Below, one piece after another: positions 27,592 to 42,221 of a stretch of DNA of 63,947 bases. Each line of letters starts with the position of its first letter. Positions within the stretch are counted from its first letter, which is position 1. A program made the translations under genes and the position numbers. The DNA comes from Chiloscyllium plagiosum. Its lineage: Eukaryota. The stretch spans positions 19,213,538 to 19,277,484 of the forward strand of contig NC_057749.1 in the NCBI RefSeq assembly GCF_004010195.1, read 5' to 3'. The notes under the pieces are model-generated. The model worked only from the letters and a program-made list of their open reading frames with translations. It searched no databases and was not told the DNA's origin.

Positions 27592-28792
27592 GTCAGTACA
27601 CAGCTTGCAAATAGCATGTGTTTTAAGTTACAAAAAGTAAAACACTGTGGATGGGTGCTGGAAATCTGACACAGAAACATAAAAAGCAGGTAACAGAGGG
27701 GAAATCAAGAATTAATATGTCAGGTCATAAGAATTCTTATCTGTAAACCTAAGCTTCTGCCTACATTGGTGCTATCTGATCTACTGTATGTTCCCAGCAC
27801 TTCTGTTTACGCTGAGATTAAACCGTTTTAAGCCTCTTCTGTTATACATGAATATCATTGGATTTGTTCAATTAAAAAGGGATTCTTGTCAAGTCCTATT
27901 TTAAGAAAGCTATCTAGTACACATGGTGTATGCATGTGGCGTATGAAGTGGAATTCCTTTATATTTTCTTCAGTCCCTCATTATTAATTTATAAAGATCA
28001 AGACAAATCTCTTACTCATCTCTCCATAATGTTATTAAATAACTCAACATGTACACTTGAGTAATTTCTCACAGGAACACTTTGAATTTCCATCACTGAA
28101 AATATTTTTACATTCAGAATCAGTTTGAGAAGTTGACCACTTAATTGGGTGAGTGTGACAGGACATTTGAAACATTACGTACAGCAGCTCCACATAAGTA
28201 ACATAAATTAACTCCAAGGTAAACCTTTAAACAAAGAAGGCAGGGTTTATCAGTTAGTATTTTACTAATTTGGTGAAGCTGATAGGCATGTCAAGATGTT
28301 GGCAAAGTCTTTCGATGAAGGCTGCTTAAATAAAGACTTGGTCTATACTTGCCTTTACTCGGTGTAAATTTCATCATTTAACCTCTGCCCTACGGTATTC
28401 TTTATTATTAAAACAGTCACCTGACACAAAGTAACTGCACTACAATTCAATGTGAAATTATCAGCCAAGCTTGTAACGTGGCTCATTGTTGCTAACAATG
28501 TTCATTCCAGTGAGCCATTCTTGGCTTGAACATATTTCTTTTGTTTGCATAGTAAGGTTTTGAATTACCTGGAAGCCTTAGGAAGCTTATACTTCCACAC
28601 TACTTTCTCAGTGTTAGTCAGAGTTGACTGTTCAAACGTTCAACCCTTTTTTTTGTGTGATATAAATAGTTGTAATCGTTTGAAATTTGGCATTCTTTCA
28701 TTTGTCCTGATGAGTAAAAGCCAAAAAACTTTGGTAATACATCTCTCTTTGTAGCAATTTTCTTGAATTTCTTTTGTCTTTTATTACTTTAT

Positions 28793-29080
28793 GGGGCGGT
28801 TCTGCTGCCTCACAGCACCAGGGACCGGGGTTCGATTCTACCCTCAGGCGACTGTCTGTGTGGAGTTTGCACATTCTCCCTATGTCTGCGTGGTTTTCCT
28901 CCAGGTGTTCCAGTTTCCTCCCACTGTCTAGGGATTTGTCAATTAAGTAGATTAGCCATGGGATATACAGGGTTGTGGGGATAGGATAAGGGGGTGAGTT
29001 TGGGTGGGATGTTCTTTTGGAAAGGCTGTGTGGACTCGATGTACCAACTGGCTTGCTTCTACAGAGTAGGGTTTCTATGA
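28793..29080 (+). mobile_element. HE1/V-SINE-type SINE, decayed
   Basis: B box GGTTCGATTC and V-domain present; A-box region deleted. Confidence 0.8.
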
Positions 29081-29479
29081 TTTTATACTTTTTTTAAAAA
29101 TCCCTCATGATAGTCTGGGGGAGTATTATACTTTGTTTACTTACTGTTTGGAATGTACTGTAAAAATCAAGTGTATAATAACATTGTTAAAACGAAAGCA
29201 AACCTAGATGCCACCTGACTGGCTTAGTGTTTGCCAACACCTACTATTTTTATTTCAAGTTTAAATTCTTCTGTTCACTTGTCTTCTCTTTGTTGCCCAT
29301 ATTATCTCTTTTCTTCCCCAACCCTTTCATTTACTTAGTTTTACTTCCAATTTGCTGTCAATGTTTTAACAACTAGCAGTACTTCCCAAGCATTTTCCCA
29401 CTGTGGCCCCATTTTGAAGCTTGGAAATTGTCCTTCCCCCAAGTGAGAATTGGGAAAGTGGGATATGAGGGAAGTTTTG

Positions 29480-30330
29480 GGAGCACAGCTGTTACAAGAC
29501 GGGTTCTCTTGGCTGGTGAGAGATTTCAGCGCTTTAAGATTTAGAGAGATTTGCAAGTCCTTGTGCATGGATCACAAAAGGTTAGTATGCTGGTGAAGCA
29601 AGTATTTAAGAAAATAAATAGAATGTTATTTATTATCACAAGAGAAATTGAATCCAAAGTAGGGAGTCAGAGAGAAAAGACCCTTCAGCCCATCAGGTAT
29701 GTACTAGTCAAAAACAAGTATCTAACTATCCTAATCCCATAATATCCAGAGGAGTTATACTTTAGTTATAGGGCACTGGTGAGAATGCATCTGCAATAGA
29801 GTATACAGTACTGGGCACCTTATTTAAGGATACTGTAAATGTGTTGGAGGCAGTTCAGAGAAGATTTACCAGACAAAACCTGAAATCAGAGGGTTGTCTG
29901 TGAGAAAGTGTTGAATCGGCTGGGTTTATATCCTCTGGGGTTTAGAAGAGTAGGAGGTGACTTGATTGAAATGAAAAGATCCTCCGGAGTCTTGGCATTT
30001 TGAATGCAGAAAGGATGTTTCCTCTTACTGGGAAAACCTAGAAGTAGGAGTCACTGTTTAAAAACCAAGGATCACTTATTTAAGACTTGGTGAGGTGATC
30101 ATTTTTCTCTCTGAGAGTTGTGAATCTAAGGAAGAGGGTGATGGAAGTAGAGTTTGAATATTTTTAAGACCGAGGTAGCTAGATTCTTGTCGAGCAAGGG
30201 AGTGAAAGATTTTCAGGGGTTGATAGGATTGCAGTTTTGAGGTTACAATCAGATTCAGCCATGATATTTTTGCCTAATGGAACAGGTTTGTGGGGCTGAA
30301 TGGCCTAATCCTGCTCCTAACTCACCCGTC
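29480..30330 (+). mobile_element. Decayed CR1 3' fragment
   Basis: Remnant RT C-terminal DNA (gttcagagaagatttaccag, ggtgacttgattgaa) and a cctgctcctaa tail. Confidence 0.7.
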
Positions 30331-31724
30331 ACATAATCAGAGCTTCATGGTGCCTGGGCATTAGTCAGAGATTTTGACCTACAAATTTCAGTTCACAATC
30401 CCACTTGGGCTCCCACTTTAAGAAGCATTGCTTTAATTGACAAGCATAGCTGTTTGCCTGGTATGCCTCTGCCACATTTTGAAATTGGGAACCATATCAG
30501 AGAGCATCGCAACTAATACTACGGAAGTAGGTTTGAGTTTTCTAAAATCCCAAAACTTTGAATTCAATGAACAATTCTGTAAAAATGAACTCGGCATTTT
30601 TTGTATTACTAGACTTAGTGTATACTAAATGCTGCTGCCATCTAGCAGCAGAGTTTTGATACTGCACTGACTTTATTTTATTCCACTGATAAACAGCTAG
30701 ATCTGCACTTTTCATGGGATCAACTTGTAAAAAGAACACAAGTAAAAGCAAAATACTGCAGCTGCTGCAAATCTGAAACAAAAACAGAAAATGCTGGGGA
30801 AAAGATGTTGCAGGACTGGTACAACCTATGCAGAGAGAATCAGAATAAACAATTCAAGTCCAAAATGACTCTTCATCACCACTGTGAGAAGACGTGTCGT
30901 ATCGGACTAGAAATGTTCATTCTGTTAATTTCTCCACATATGCTGCCAGAGTTTCTCTAGCATTTTCTGTTTTTAAAAAGAACACAAAATTTGGACAGAG
31001 GAAGAAGCAGAGCTTTTAAAAGTTTTTCTTTATTCATCATGGAATGTGGGTGTCATTGGCAGACCCAGCATTTGTTGTCCAGTTTTAAGACTCCTTGTAT
31101 TGCTTGGCTTCTTGGCTATTTCAGGGGGGCAGTTAAGAGTTAACCAAATTGTCATGGGAAGAGGCTAAACAGGCTGGGGCTGTTTTCCCTGGAGCGTCAG
31201 AGGCTGAGTGGTGACCTCATAGAGTTTTACAAAATTATGATGGGCATGGATAGGATAAATAGACTAAGTATTTTCCCTGGGGTCGGGGACTCCAGAACTA
31301 GAGCGGGACTGGATTGGGTTGGGATATCTGGTCAGCGTGGACTGGTTGGACCGAAGGGTCTGTTTCCATGCTGTACATCTCTATGACATGTGGCCACACT
31401 GGGGAGTGATTTCCTTCCCTAAAGGACATTAATGAACCAAATACGTTTCTCTGATTACCAAAGTTGGTTTGTAGTCGCTATTACTGGGACCAACTTTATG
31501 TTTCAGACTTATTGAATTAAATTCAGTTTGACAAATTAAATTTCAATTTCACCAGCTGCTGTAGTATGATTTGAATCCATGGTCTCCGATGGTTATCCTG
31601 CAGTTCTCGATTGCAAATTGGGTGATGTTACCACTACTCCTCCAGCTTCCCCCCAACTCGATATTAGTCCATAATTATTTATCCCCTCTCTGTTAAGTGT
31701 CAATTGACACAACTAAAATATATC

Positions 31725-34072
31725 CCAGTGAGAAAGAAAGATGGTAAGGGGAGTGCGGGGGGAAATCCATAGCTAAACAAGGAGGGCAAGGACAATCAAA
31801 AACAAGATATATTGCAAAGGCCAGTGGCAGGATCAAAGCTTGCAAAACTTTCAAACATAAACAAAGGGATACTAAAAAAATTAATAAAAAGAGCTAAGGT
31901 AAATTACCAAAGATAACTAACATAAAATATCAAAAAGGATAGCAAAAGCTTCTATAGGAATATAAAAGGGAAGAGAATCGCTCAGGTCGGTGTTGGTCTC
32001 TTGGAAGATGAAACCGGAGAGTTAATAGTGGGGAGCACTGAAATGGCAGAGATGCTAAATCAATACTTTGCCTCCATTTTCACGATGGAGAACAATATGG
32101 GCGACATGGTGGCACAGTGGTTAGCACTGCTGCCTCACAGCGCCAGGCACCTGCGTTCGATTCTAGCCTTGGGCGACTGTCTGTGTGGAGTTTGTACATT
32201 CTCCCCATGTCTGCGTGGGTTTGCTCCAGTTTCCTCCCACAATCCAAAGATGTGCAGATTAGGTAAATTGGCCATGCTAAATTGTCCATAGTGTTCAGGA
32301 ATGTGGTTCAGGTTAGGTGCATTAATCAAGGGTAAATATAGAGTATTGAGTAATGGGTTTGGGCGGACCTACTCTTCGGCGGGTCAGTGTGGACTTGTTG
32401 GGCCTAAGACCTGTGCCCACATTGTAAGGATTCTAAGAATAATACCATTCCTATTGGAAAAGGCAATAAAAAGGGTAGAACTTGGAACAATCAACATCGA
32501 TGACGAAAAGGTGCTCAGCAAACTATTAGGAGGCAAGTCCCCTGGGTCTGATGGCCTACATCCTAGAATATTAAAGGAAGTGGCAGTGGAGATAATGGAT
32601 CCATTGATTACACTATTCCAAAATTCCCTGGACATGGAAAAAGTTCCAGTGGGTTAGAAAACTGCTAATATAATGCCCTTATTCAAAAAGGGAGGGAGAC
32701 AATATGTGAAAAATTACAGACCAGTTAGCTGAACATCTGTTGTTGGGAAAGTGTTAGAATTCATTATCAAGGAAGCAAATCAAAACGCTATCCATCAGAG
32801 TCAGCATGGTTTTATGAAGGGCAAATCATGTTTGACTAATTTTCTAGAGTTCTTCAAAAATGTAACAAGCAAAGTGGATAAGGGGGCTCCTGTAAATGTA
32901 ATATATCTGGATTTCCGGAAGGCGTTTGATACGGTTAATTCACGAGGTTGGAGCATATGGGTTTATGACTAATTTATTAGCTTGGATAGATGATAGGCTG
33001 ATGGACAGAGAGTCGGGATAAGTGTTTTTTTTTCTAGACGGCAAGATGTAATAGTGGGGTGCCATGGGGTTCCGTCCTTGGACCCCAGCTATTTACAATT
33101 TATATTAACAACTTGGGTACAGGGATAGAAGGCTCGAGAGTCAAATTTGTGGATGACACAAAAACAGGTGGGATGGTAAATTGCAATGAAGAAATAAGAA
33201 CCTTACAAATAGATATGGATAGGTTATGAGACTGGGCCAAATGTGGCAGCTTGAGTTTAACGAAGATAAGTGTGAGGTCAGGCACTTTGGTTGTAAAAAT
33301 GGGAAGGCAGCCTATTATCTCAATGGGGAGAGACTTCAGGGCCCTCCGGTGCAGAGGGATCAGGGTATGCTCATTCATGAGTCATAGAAAACTAGCTACA
33401 CAGGCACAGCAGATAATAAAGAAAGTGAATGGAATGTTAGCTTTTATAGCTGAAGGAATAGAATTTCAAGGTAAGGAAATATTGTTGCAACGATACAAGG
33501 TATTGGTGAGACTGCACCTGGAGTGTTGTGCAATGTTTTGGTCCTCTTATTTGAGGAAAGGTGTTGTGGCATTGGATGTAGTTCAGAGGAGGTTCACGAG
33601 ATGGATCCCAGAGATGGGCGGTTTGTCGTATGAAGAGAGATTGAACAGTTTAGGCCTCTACTCTCTCTGGAATTTAAAATAACGAGTGCAGATTAAATTG
33701 AGATATTCAAGATGATAAAAGGTGTGGATAAAATAGATGTGGAGCAGATGATTCCTATTTTGGGGCATTCAAGGATGAGAGGTCATAGTCTTAGGACAAG
33801 GGGCAGCAAATTTAAAGGAGAGTTGAGGAGAAACTACTTCTCCCAAAGGGTTGTGAATTTCTGGAGTTCGCTACGCCAAAGTGCGGCAGATGCTGGGGTA
33901 GTGAGTAAATTTAAGGAGGAGTTAGAGATTTAATTGGTAATGGGTTGAAGGGTTATGGGGAGAAGGCAGGAAAATGGGGGTGAGGAACCTATCAGCCATG
34001 ATCGAATGGCAGAGAAGACTCGATGGGCCAAATGCCTAATTCTGCTCCTATAGCGTATGAACTTATGAACTA
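31725..34072 (+). mobile_element. CR1 LINE (ORF2 part) interrupted by a SINE
   Basis: RT fragments [28 protein letters not shown] and YLDFRKAFD; 3' tail TATGAACTTATGAACT. Confidence 0.92.
32099..32436 (+). mobile_element. HE1/V-SINE-type SINE inserted in CR1
   Basis: A and B boxes plus V-domain; near-perfect TSD agaacaata/agaataata. Confidence 0.87.
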
Positions 34073-34804
34073 TGTTCCTGCAAGGGAATTTCCTCAATTC
34101 CCTTACTATCTAAAAATCTCTGAGGTAGATAATTCCAAAGATCCACAATACTGTGACTGAGATGAGGAGATGGTTCACCATTCAGAATTGCTAATCTCTT
34201 GTTTCCATGGCGCTCTGTTCTAGATTCTCACTATCCTTTTATTTTACGAGCTGTCTAATTTGCTTACGTTTGCTATCCTTCACTTGGACATCAGTTAAAT
34301 TTGCTATTGAACGACAGTGATGATGTTTCACCATATGTTTGTTTAAACTTTTCAGCCAATAAGATCCTAAATGTTTTTAGTAATTGTCTATTGACTACTG
34401 AAATAATAACTGGATTGTTGTCACTGATTTCCTTTTTTCACAAGTGGAGGAGAGATACAATACTGCTAAGGTTTATGAGAATGTTGGACAGGTAGACTGA
34501 CTCAACAACCTCCCATAACTATCTAAAGCCCTCATACAAGAGGACTTTTGAACATCCGTTACAATATTTTGTTGTAAACCATTTGAACAGTTGGATTAGT
34601 CTCGGTGATTCTGCTAATTGCTGCTTTTAGCACCCAGCCCCAAAAGCACTAAGGTGCAATTGCCATTGGCTTTGGTTGTCAAGAAACTTGCTATAGGCAG
34701 TTCCTTTAACGGGGAAGGGGGGGATGATTGGGAGTTCAATCAGTTTGTTGTTAAATTTGATTGGCATAATTGATGATTCTAATTGTTTCTCTCTTTGGAT
34801 TTAG

Positions 34805-35035
34805 TCTCACGAGCGAGTCAGCACACGGTTACACCAGCGGTTTCAGGCTTGGGTGGATAAATGGAGCAAGGAGCATGTCACTCGTGAAATGGCTGCCGAA
34901 TCCAACAAGTGGCTAATGGGAGAGGGATTGGAAGGCATGGTGCCTTGCACAACCACCTGTGAAACGGAAACACTGCACTTCATGAAAATCAATAAATACA
35001 GGGTGAAATACAGTGCTTTATTCAAGGGGCCGTGA
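34805..35035 (+). CDS. SIN3A: SIN3A last coding exon (to TGA stop)
   Basis: Acceptor gatttag|TCT. Encodes [25 protein letters not shown]...[31 protein letters not shown], matching the SIN3A C-terminus. The five exons splice into one open frame of 266 aa. Confidence 0.97.
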   Translation, partial: SHERVSTRLHQRFQAWVDKWSKEHVTREMAAESNKWLMGEGLEGMVPCTTTCETETLHFMKINKYRVKYSALFKGP

Positions 35036-35121
35036 CCAACTTGCACAGCAGGTCCTCCCCTTACTCAATGTGCCCATGTTGTGGCATCTCATCCAATGCC
35101 ATACACCAGCTACTCCCCACG

Positions 35122-35157
35122 ACACACGCACGCACACACACACACACACGCGCGCAC
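35122..35157. repeat. (CA)n/(CG)n alternating purine-pyrimidine microsatellite
   Basis: acacacgcacgcacacacacacacacacgcgcgcac. Confidence 0.9.
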
Positions 35158-35181
35158 TCACAAAAAACACTGCTATGTCTT

Positions 35182-35200
35182 TGTAAATACTGTGTACATA
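35182..35200 (+). promoter_or_regulatory. Two tandem Pumilio response elements (UGUANAUA) in the SIN3A 3'UTR
   Basis: TGTAAATA at 35182-35189 and TGTACATA at 35193-35200. Confidence 0.6.
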
Positions 35201-37042
35201 TTGTCAACAGACTTTTTTTTAAAAAAGAACCAATCTGCATCAATGTGCTAGCATTACCTACTAGCTTATTGTGTATCATAGTATGAGGTGGCTTGAAGTT
35301 AGTTAATATGGAAAAATGAGGCACCATTATTAAAGTTTTTACCAAAGGGATTTCAGAGTAATTGTAGCTTTCTTTGTGTGTGAATTTCTGTTAGTGAAAA
35401 GATATTTCATTATGTACAGAACACTTGCATCATTAAGTGTCCCTGTGCAGCATGCCATTACATAGTACATTTTGGCCTTTTTTTTTGGTTTAAGTTTTAA
35501 TTCAAGTTTGCTCGTCTAATAACAACTGGACCAAACTTCATGGCAGACATCATTGGAACTGTCCAATCACCTTTTCTTTCATTATGGAAATGTTGAACTC
35601 TGGGTCTCTGAGGGTAATTTACCTGTGACCTTTTTTTTTAAACCTGCCTTAGTCTTCCAAACACAATTCGCTTCCTCTTGGAAGTCTGGCAGACTGCTGG
35701 TTCCAGTTTTATGCAGTATTTGACCCTATTGATTAGTAGCTTCAGGTATTAAAGGATGTTAATGAGCAAGTGGTTGACTGACTGAAAGATCTCTCTTACT
35801 ATTGTGGCAGCTGTCCATTCAGGTTTTTCTCGTACTGTTCTGTCCTTCTAATGTTTTTTTCAGAACTGATATGGTGATTTAGTAATTTGGTCATATTTGA
35901 CACGGTCCCAGATTTTCCTGCTGCTTCATTGTGTGTTCCAAGCAACAGTGGTTTCAGCCATTTAGACATTTTATTTTGAAGATTTTTTTCAAGCATCTCG
36001 ATCCTAGCATTTGAAGCTTCTTGTGAATACAATAGAAACTATTGGAAAACGATGAAAAGCTTTGAGTGTTCCTTTTTTTATTAAACGGGTCACAAGAAGA
36101 GCTTAGCAGAATTTTGAGAGATTTTCTACAAACCTTAAATTTGGTTGATGAGAACATCATTGCTTGAAAGTGCTCTGAATGTCTGAAGGACAAGACTGTT
36201 AATTATGATGCCTTTGAAAATCAGTTTTATACATTTAACAACGCTAGCCCACTCCCAATCATATTTTAAGGCTCAGGCTATTCTTTTACCAGTTGAAAGG
36301 TAATTTTTTAAAAAAAGATTAAAAACATTTCCAAAATTTCCAATTTTGATTTGATGAGACTAAACAGCAACGCTGCACATTAGTACATGTGTTTCATTTC
36401 ACAAGTGGATGTTCCCACCTGTTTGGACCTTGTTGTAGTCCTCTGTTAGCCACGGAACTCTCTATTTTGTTTTCGACAACATACGAGCTGATAATTCAGG
36501 CTTGTCCTGGTCATGAAAGAACTTTCAACATTTTTATCAATTTTTTTCTGTAAATTAGTTTAAATTATCTTCAGCCCCACACCCCATCTGTCTTTTTTCC
36601 TGTGTCCACAGAGATGGCTTGTCTGCCTTTGCCCTCCCCCCATGCTAAAATGGGTATTGGGTTGGAAAGCATTGGACAAGCCATTCTAATTGAGGCAAGA
36701 TTTGACTAATGGCAGCTAGAAAATCATATAATTAAGCTTTTACTCATCCACTTGCCCAATTGCTGGGCACTAACCTCAAATTGTCCATTTAACATGTTGA
36801 TTCTGTTCAGATAGCCACTGTGCTCATCAACATAGTGATCAGATAATGTCAGAGACTGATTTGTACAGTTTGCCCCAGCAACCTCTCTTTTTTCACTTTG
36901 TAAAGTATAAGAGGCAGGGCTTTTAAGCCAGCTTGTACAATGCATATATATTGCTTTTTGTATTCTGTACTGTGATCTTTGGCCACCCACATGTGATTTC
37001 TATACAGAAGTTGTAAACTTGACTTGTAGTTCAGTATTTCCC

Positions 37043-37048
37043 ATTAAA
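37043..37048 (+). terminator. Candidate polyadenylation signal (ATTAAA)
   Basis: ATTAAA with upstream TGTA motifs and a downstream GT-rich tract (gtcttgtgtgaagtgtatttgtttt). Confidence 0.55.
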
Positions 37049-37564
37049 ATGTCGCCAGGGCTGAAATCTGGCTGTCTTGTGTGAAGTGTATTTGTTTTCA
37101 TTAATTTAAGTTTTCAGCTTGTTTTCTGTAACTTTTTAATGTTTAAATAGAAATTGCTTTTTAAAAAAATGTTCTTGTGATATCCTCCACATTAGTCTAG
37201 AGGCCAATGGTTAATACCTATCTTGTCTGAATTTTGAATCACACAAAGTAAATTTTTTGTAAAAATGAGGATAGAAATCCATGTCCGCTCTTACTTTTGT
37301 GCTTAAGAACTGCTAAGTAGTTGTGCAGAACAAAGCATTATAACTTACACATTGGTTATCATTTTCCCCAGATTGAGGGAAATGAAGGCTTCCTCAACCC
37401 AGCAGGCAATGTCACCCTGGTTACTGGTCAGAAAACCAGGCACTTTGCTCACCTGCCAAGAAAACAGGTAATCAGCAAGTTGAGGCTGTTATGTAGCCAT
37501 TAATTGACCATTTAAGGTTTTCAATTGCTCACAAGTCCCCATTGGACCTCCTCATCTTGCATTA

Positions 37565-40388
37565 ATAAGAAAGGGATGATCACCTTATTGGGATTGTATT
37601 ATAGACCCCCTCATAGGCATAGGGAAATTGAGAAACAAATTTGTAAGGAGATCTCAGCTATCTGTAAGAATAATAGAGTGGTTATGGTAGGGGATTTTAA
37701 CTTTCCAAACATAGACTGGGACTGCCATTGTGTTAAGAGTTTAGATGGAGAGGAATTTGTTAAGTATGTACAAGAAAATTTTTGATTCAGTATGTGGATG
37801 TACCTATTAGAGAACATGCAAAACTTGACCTCCTCTTGGGAAATGAGGCAGGACAGGTGACTGAGATGTCAGTGGGGGAGCACTTTGGGGCCAGCAACCA
37901 TAATTCTATTAGTTTTAAAATAGTGATGGAAAAGGATAGACCGAATCTAAAAGTTGAAGTTCTAAATTGGTGAAAGGCCAATTTTGATGGTATTAGGCAA
38001 GAGCTTTCAAAAGCTGATTGGGGGCAGATGTTCGCAGGTAAAGGGATGGCTAGAAAATGGGAAGTCTACAGAAATGAGATCATGAGAGTCCAGAGAAAGT
38101 ATATTCCTGTTAGGGTGAAAGGGAAGGCTGGTAGCTATAGGGAATGCTGGATGCTGAAATTGAGGGTTTAGTTAAGAAAAAGAAGGAAGCATATGTAAGG
38201 TATAGACAGGATAGATCGAGTGAATCCTTAGAGTACAAAGGCAGTAGGAGTATACTTAAGAGGGAAATCAGGAGGGCAAAAAGGGGACATGAGATAGCTT
38301 TGGCAAATACAATTAAGGAGAATCCAAAGAGATTTTACAAATACATTAAGGACAAAGGGTAATTAGGGAGAGAATAGGGCACCTGAAAGATCAGCAAGAT
38401 GGCCTTTGTGTGGAGCCACAGAAAATGGGGGAGATACTAAACAAGTACTTTGCATCAGTATTTACTGTGGAAAATGACATGGAGACACAAAATGTCGGAA
38501 ATAGATGGTGACATCTTGAAAAATGTCCAGATTACAGAGGAGGAAGTGCTGGATGTCTTGAAACGTACAAAGATGGATAAATCCCCAGGACCTGATCAGG
38601 TGTACCCTAGAACTCTGGAAAGCTAGATTAAGTGATTGCTGGACTTCTTGCTGAGATATTTGTATCATCGATAGTCACAGGTGAGATGCCGGAAGACTGG
38701 AGGTTGGTTAACGTGGTAAGCCAGGGAACTATAGACCAGTGGGCAAGTTGTTGCAGGGAATCCTGAGGGACAGGATGTACATGTATTTGGAAAGGACTGA
38801 TGAGGGATAGTCAACATGGCTTTGTGCATGGGAAATCATGTCTCACCAACTTGATTGAGTTTTTTGAAGAAGTAACAAAGAGGATTGATGAGGGCAGAGT
38901 GGTAGATGTGATCTATATGGACTTTAACAGTAAGGCGTTTGACAAGGTTCCCCACGGGAGACTAATTAGCAAGGATGGATCTCATGGAATACAGGGAGAA
39001 CTAGCTAATAGAACTGGCTCAAAGGTAGAAGACAGGGTGGTGGTGGAGGGTTGTTTTTCAGACTGGAGGCCTGTGACCAGTGGAGTGTCACAAGGATTGG
39101 TGCTGGATCCACTACTTTTTGTCATTTATATAAATGATTTGGATGTGAGCATAAGAGGTATAATTAGTAAGTTTGCAGATGACACCAAAATTGGAGGTGT
39201 AGTGGACAGCGAAAAGGGTTACCTCAGATTGCAACAGTATCTGGACCAGATGGGCCAATGGGCTGAGAAGTTGCAGATGGAGTTTAATTCTGATAAATGC
39301 GAGGTGCTGCATTTTGGAAAAGCAAATTTCAGCAGGACTTATACACTTAATGGTAAGGTCCTAGGGAGTGTTGCTGAACAGACACGTTGGAGTGCAAGTT
39401 CACAGCTCCTAGAAAGTGGAGTCGCAGGTAGATAGGATGGTGAAGCATGCATTTGGTATGCTTTTCTTTATTGGTCAGAGTATTGAATACAGGAGTTGGG
39501 AGGTCATGTTGCGGCTGTACAGGACATTGGTTAGGCCACTGTTGGAATATTGCGTGCAATTTTGGTCTCCTTCCTATCCGAAAGATGTTGTGAAACTTGA
39601 AAGGGTTCAGAAAAGATTTACAAGGATGTTGCCAGGGTTGGAGGATTTGAGCTACAGGGAGAGGCTGAACAGGCTGGGGCTGTTTTCCCTCGACTGTCGG
39701 AGGTTGAGGGGTGACCTTGTAGAGGTTTACAAAATCATGAGGGTCATGGATAGGATAAATAGACTTTTAGATTACTTACAGTGTGGAAACAGGCCCTTCG
39801 GCCCAACAAGTCCACACCGAAGCGCAAACCACCCAGACCCATACCCCTACATTTTCCCCTACACCTAACACTACGGGCAATTTAGCCAGGTCAACTCACC
39901 TAACCTGCACATTTTTGGATTATGGGAAAAAACCGGAGCACCCGGAGGAAACCCATGCAGACACTGGGAGAATGTGCAAACTCCAAACACACAGTCACCT
40001 GAGGCGGGAATTGAACCCGGGTCTCTGGCGCTGAGAGGCAGCAGTGCTAACCACCGTGCTGCCCACAAAGTCAAAGTCTTCCCTGGGGTCGGGGAGTCGA
40101 GAACTAGAGGGCATAGGTTTAGGGTGAGAGGGGAAAGATATAAAAGAGACCTAAGGGGCAACTTTTTCATGCAGAGGGTGGTACGTGTATGGAATGAGCT
40201 GCCAGAGGATGTGGTAGAGGCTGGTACAATTGCAACATTTAAGAGGCATTTGGATGGGTATATGAATATGAAAGGTTTTGAGGGATATGGGGTGGGTGCT
40301 GGCAGGTGGGACTAGATTGAGTTGGGTTATCTGCATGGACGAGTTCGACTGAAGGGCCTGTTTCCATGCTGTACATCTCTATGACTCT
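37565..40388 (+). mobile_element. CR1 LINE (same family as 1527-4795), 5'-truncated, with an antisense SINE insertion
   Basis: Endonuclease motifs (YYRPP, GDFNFP), RT ORF 38800-39435, and a CTATGACTCT tail. Confidence 0.94.
39767..40064 (-). mobile_element. HE1/V-SINE-type SINE inside CR1
   Basis: Reverse complement of the SINE head at 40010-40064; CR1 sequence continues on both sides. Confidence 0.87.
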
Positions 40389-42221
40389 GGTTAGTAAAGG
40401 AGCAAATATCTCTCTCCTTGATCAATTTGCTCAATTACTTCCTGTTTCTTTCCATGCCCAGAAAGGGGCAGTTTGTCTCCAACATTGATGTCTTATGGCA
40501 TTGCTCAAGGATGTGATTGGAGACATGGGTTAAAATTAATAACTGCTAAATTTGTGCTGTGTTTGGTCTTTCTGCAAAGTCATCAGGTTAGCAAAACTTG
40601 GCCGAGCCCATTGATAATTTAAGAAAGTTTGGCTTTGTGAAATTAAAGTGCTGAATTCCAATGTAGGAAAATCATGCTATACTTTTTAGGTCTCAGCTAT
40701 TGGATTGTCTACAATTTTGGGTACTAAGTTTCATAGGAATAAAAGACAAGATATAGGGGGGATTATGAAGATAATACTTGAAGATTTAAAGTAATTGGCT
40801 AAAGCCCTATAAATCCGGTAAATGGGACAAACTTTGTTTCCGTCTAAAAGATTGCTAAAATCTGAAGTGCATTACTTTAAAGGGTGGTGGAATCCCATTG
40901 GATGATAAGTGAATTGGCGATATTCTTACTGATGGTGAATTTGAAGGAATATAGGAAAGATAGAGTGTGAGACTGATCTAGACAACTCTTTTAAAGATCT
41001 CGCACAGGCTGAATTGCTTCCCAGAGGGATTCTTCTCTGTTAAAAGATAACTACATGTTTGAAGTGGAAGGCTTGTTACAACATTCTTGCATTGAAGGGT
41101 GAAAAAAGGTCATTGGATGCTACACCCTGGAAGATAATACAGTCAGTGATATCTTTTTGATACAGCAATCCAAAGTTAATTCCAGTGCTCAGTTCTGTTC
41201 AAGCTCTGTACCTGTTTTTGTACTGTTTACTTGCAAAACCTTTCATTAAATTGATGCAAGATCTCTGTAATACTTCTAAGTATGATATCCAGAGTAATTG
41301 ATAGCCATTAGACAAATCCATAATGATTAATAATTCATCTCAAGTTGACATTACCTCCGCGGTTGATAGACAAGTTGTTTTGGGATCCATCTGTTTTGTT
41401 ACTTCCCCAAGAAAGTACCTCATTCCATTGTTCTACCTTAAAAAGAGGAGTAAATGTCAAAGTTCTTGTGTTCCTGATGGGATGAGATCTGAACCCTGTA
41501 CTCCAATTGGGTTTCAAATTAGGTTTCCTGATAGACTCTGAACACTGTGCTCTCATTAATCCATCATCCCTGGAGTCTATACTTTGTTGTGTGAGATACA
41601 AAAAAAAAATTGACAGCTTTTACTTTACTACATTAAACTAGTCAGCACCTATTTAAAATCTTCTGGATATCAGTAAAGCAAGTAAGAGAATGACAGGTCT
41701 TTTTCGGTGCATAGTGTCTAGTGGATAAAAGGGACAAATGAGTTGAATTATTTTATTTTTATCACTGCTGTCTCTAAGCAGAAATGTTTCTAATTTTTGT
41801 TGTTTTTGCCTTTTGAAGTATTTTTGTGTTCCCCCATCCACCCAGATTTGCTGTTTGTGAAGTTCATATTTTTCAATGACCTGAAACATTCTCTTTAGAT
41901 TTTAAAACAGAAATGTAGTTTATTTGTGCACTCAAGCCCAAGGAACAATTGTCACAACACACAGACATTCACATGCTTGCATGCAAGCAAGGTAAAAGAA
42001 AGAAAGAGTTTATAACTAAGAATAATTTAAAACTCAAAGATGTGAACATTAATTGATATTTGTGAACTGTTAGTGTCCAGTGTCTGCATTGGAGCTCACG
42101 TGGTTACACTTTGCTGAAGTCACAGAATTCCTATTAGAGTTGGCAAAGGCTTAGTAAGCTGAGGTTGCTGTCCACTTTTCTAGTGGATGCAAGCTTTCCG
42201 CTGAAGCTAAGTTTCAAAGAG

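Larger units (their letters stand above)
35036..37070 (+). other. SIN3A: Probable SIN3A 3'UTR (~2 kb)
   Basis: AT-rich stretch with no recognisable TE after the stop codon. ATTAAA at 37043-37048 is followed by GT/T-rich sequence. The 3' end is inferred. Confidence 0.6.
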
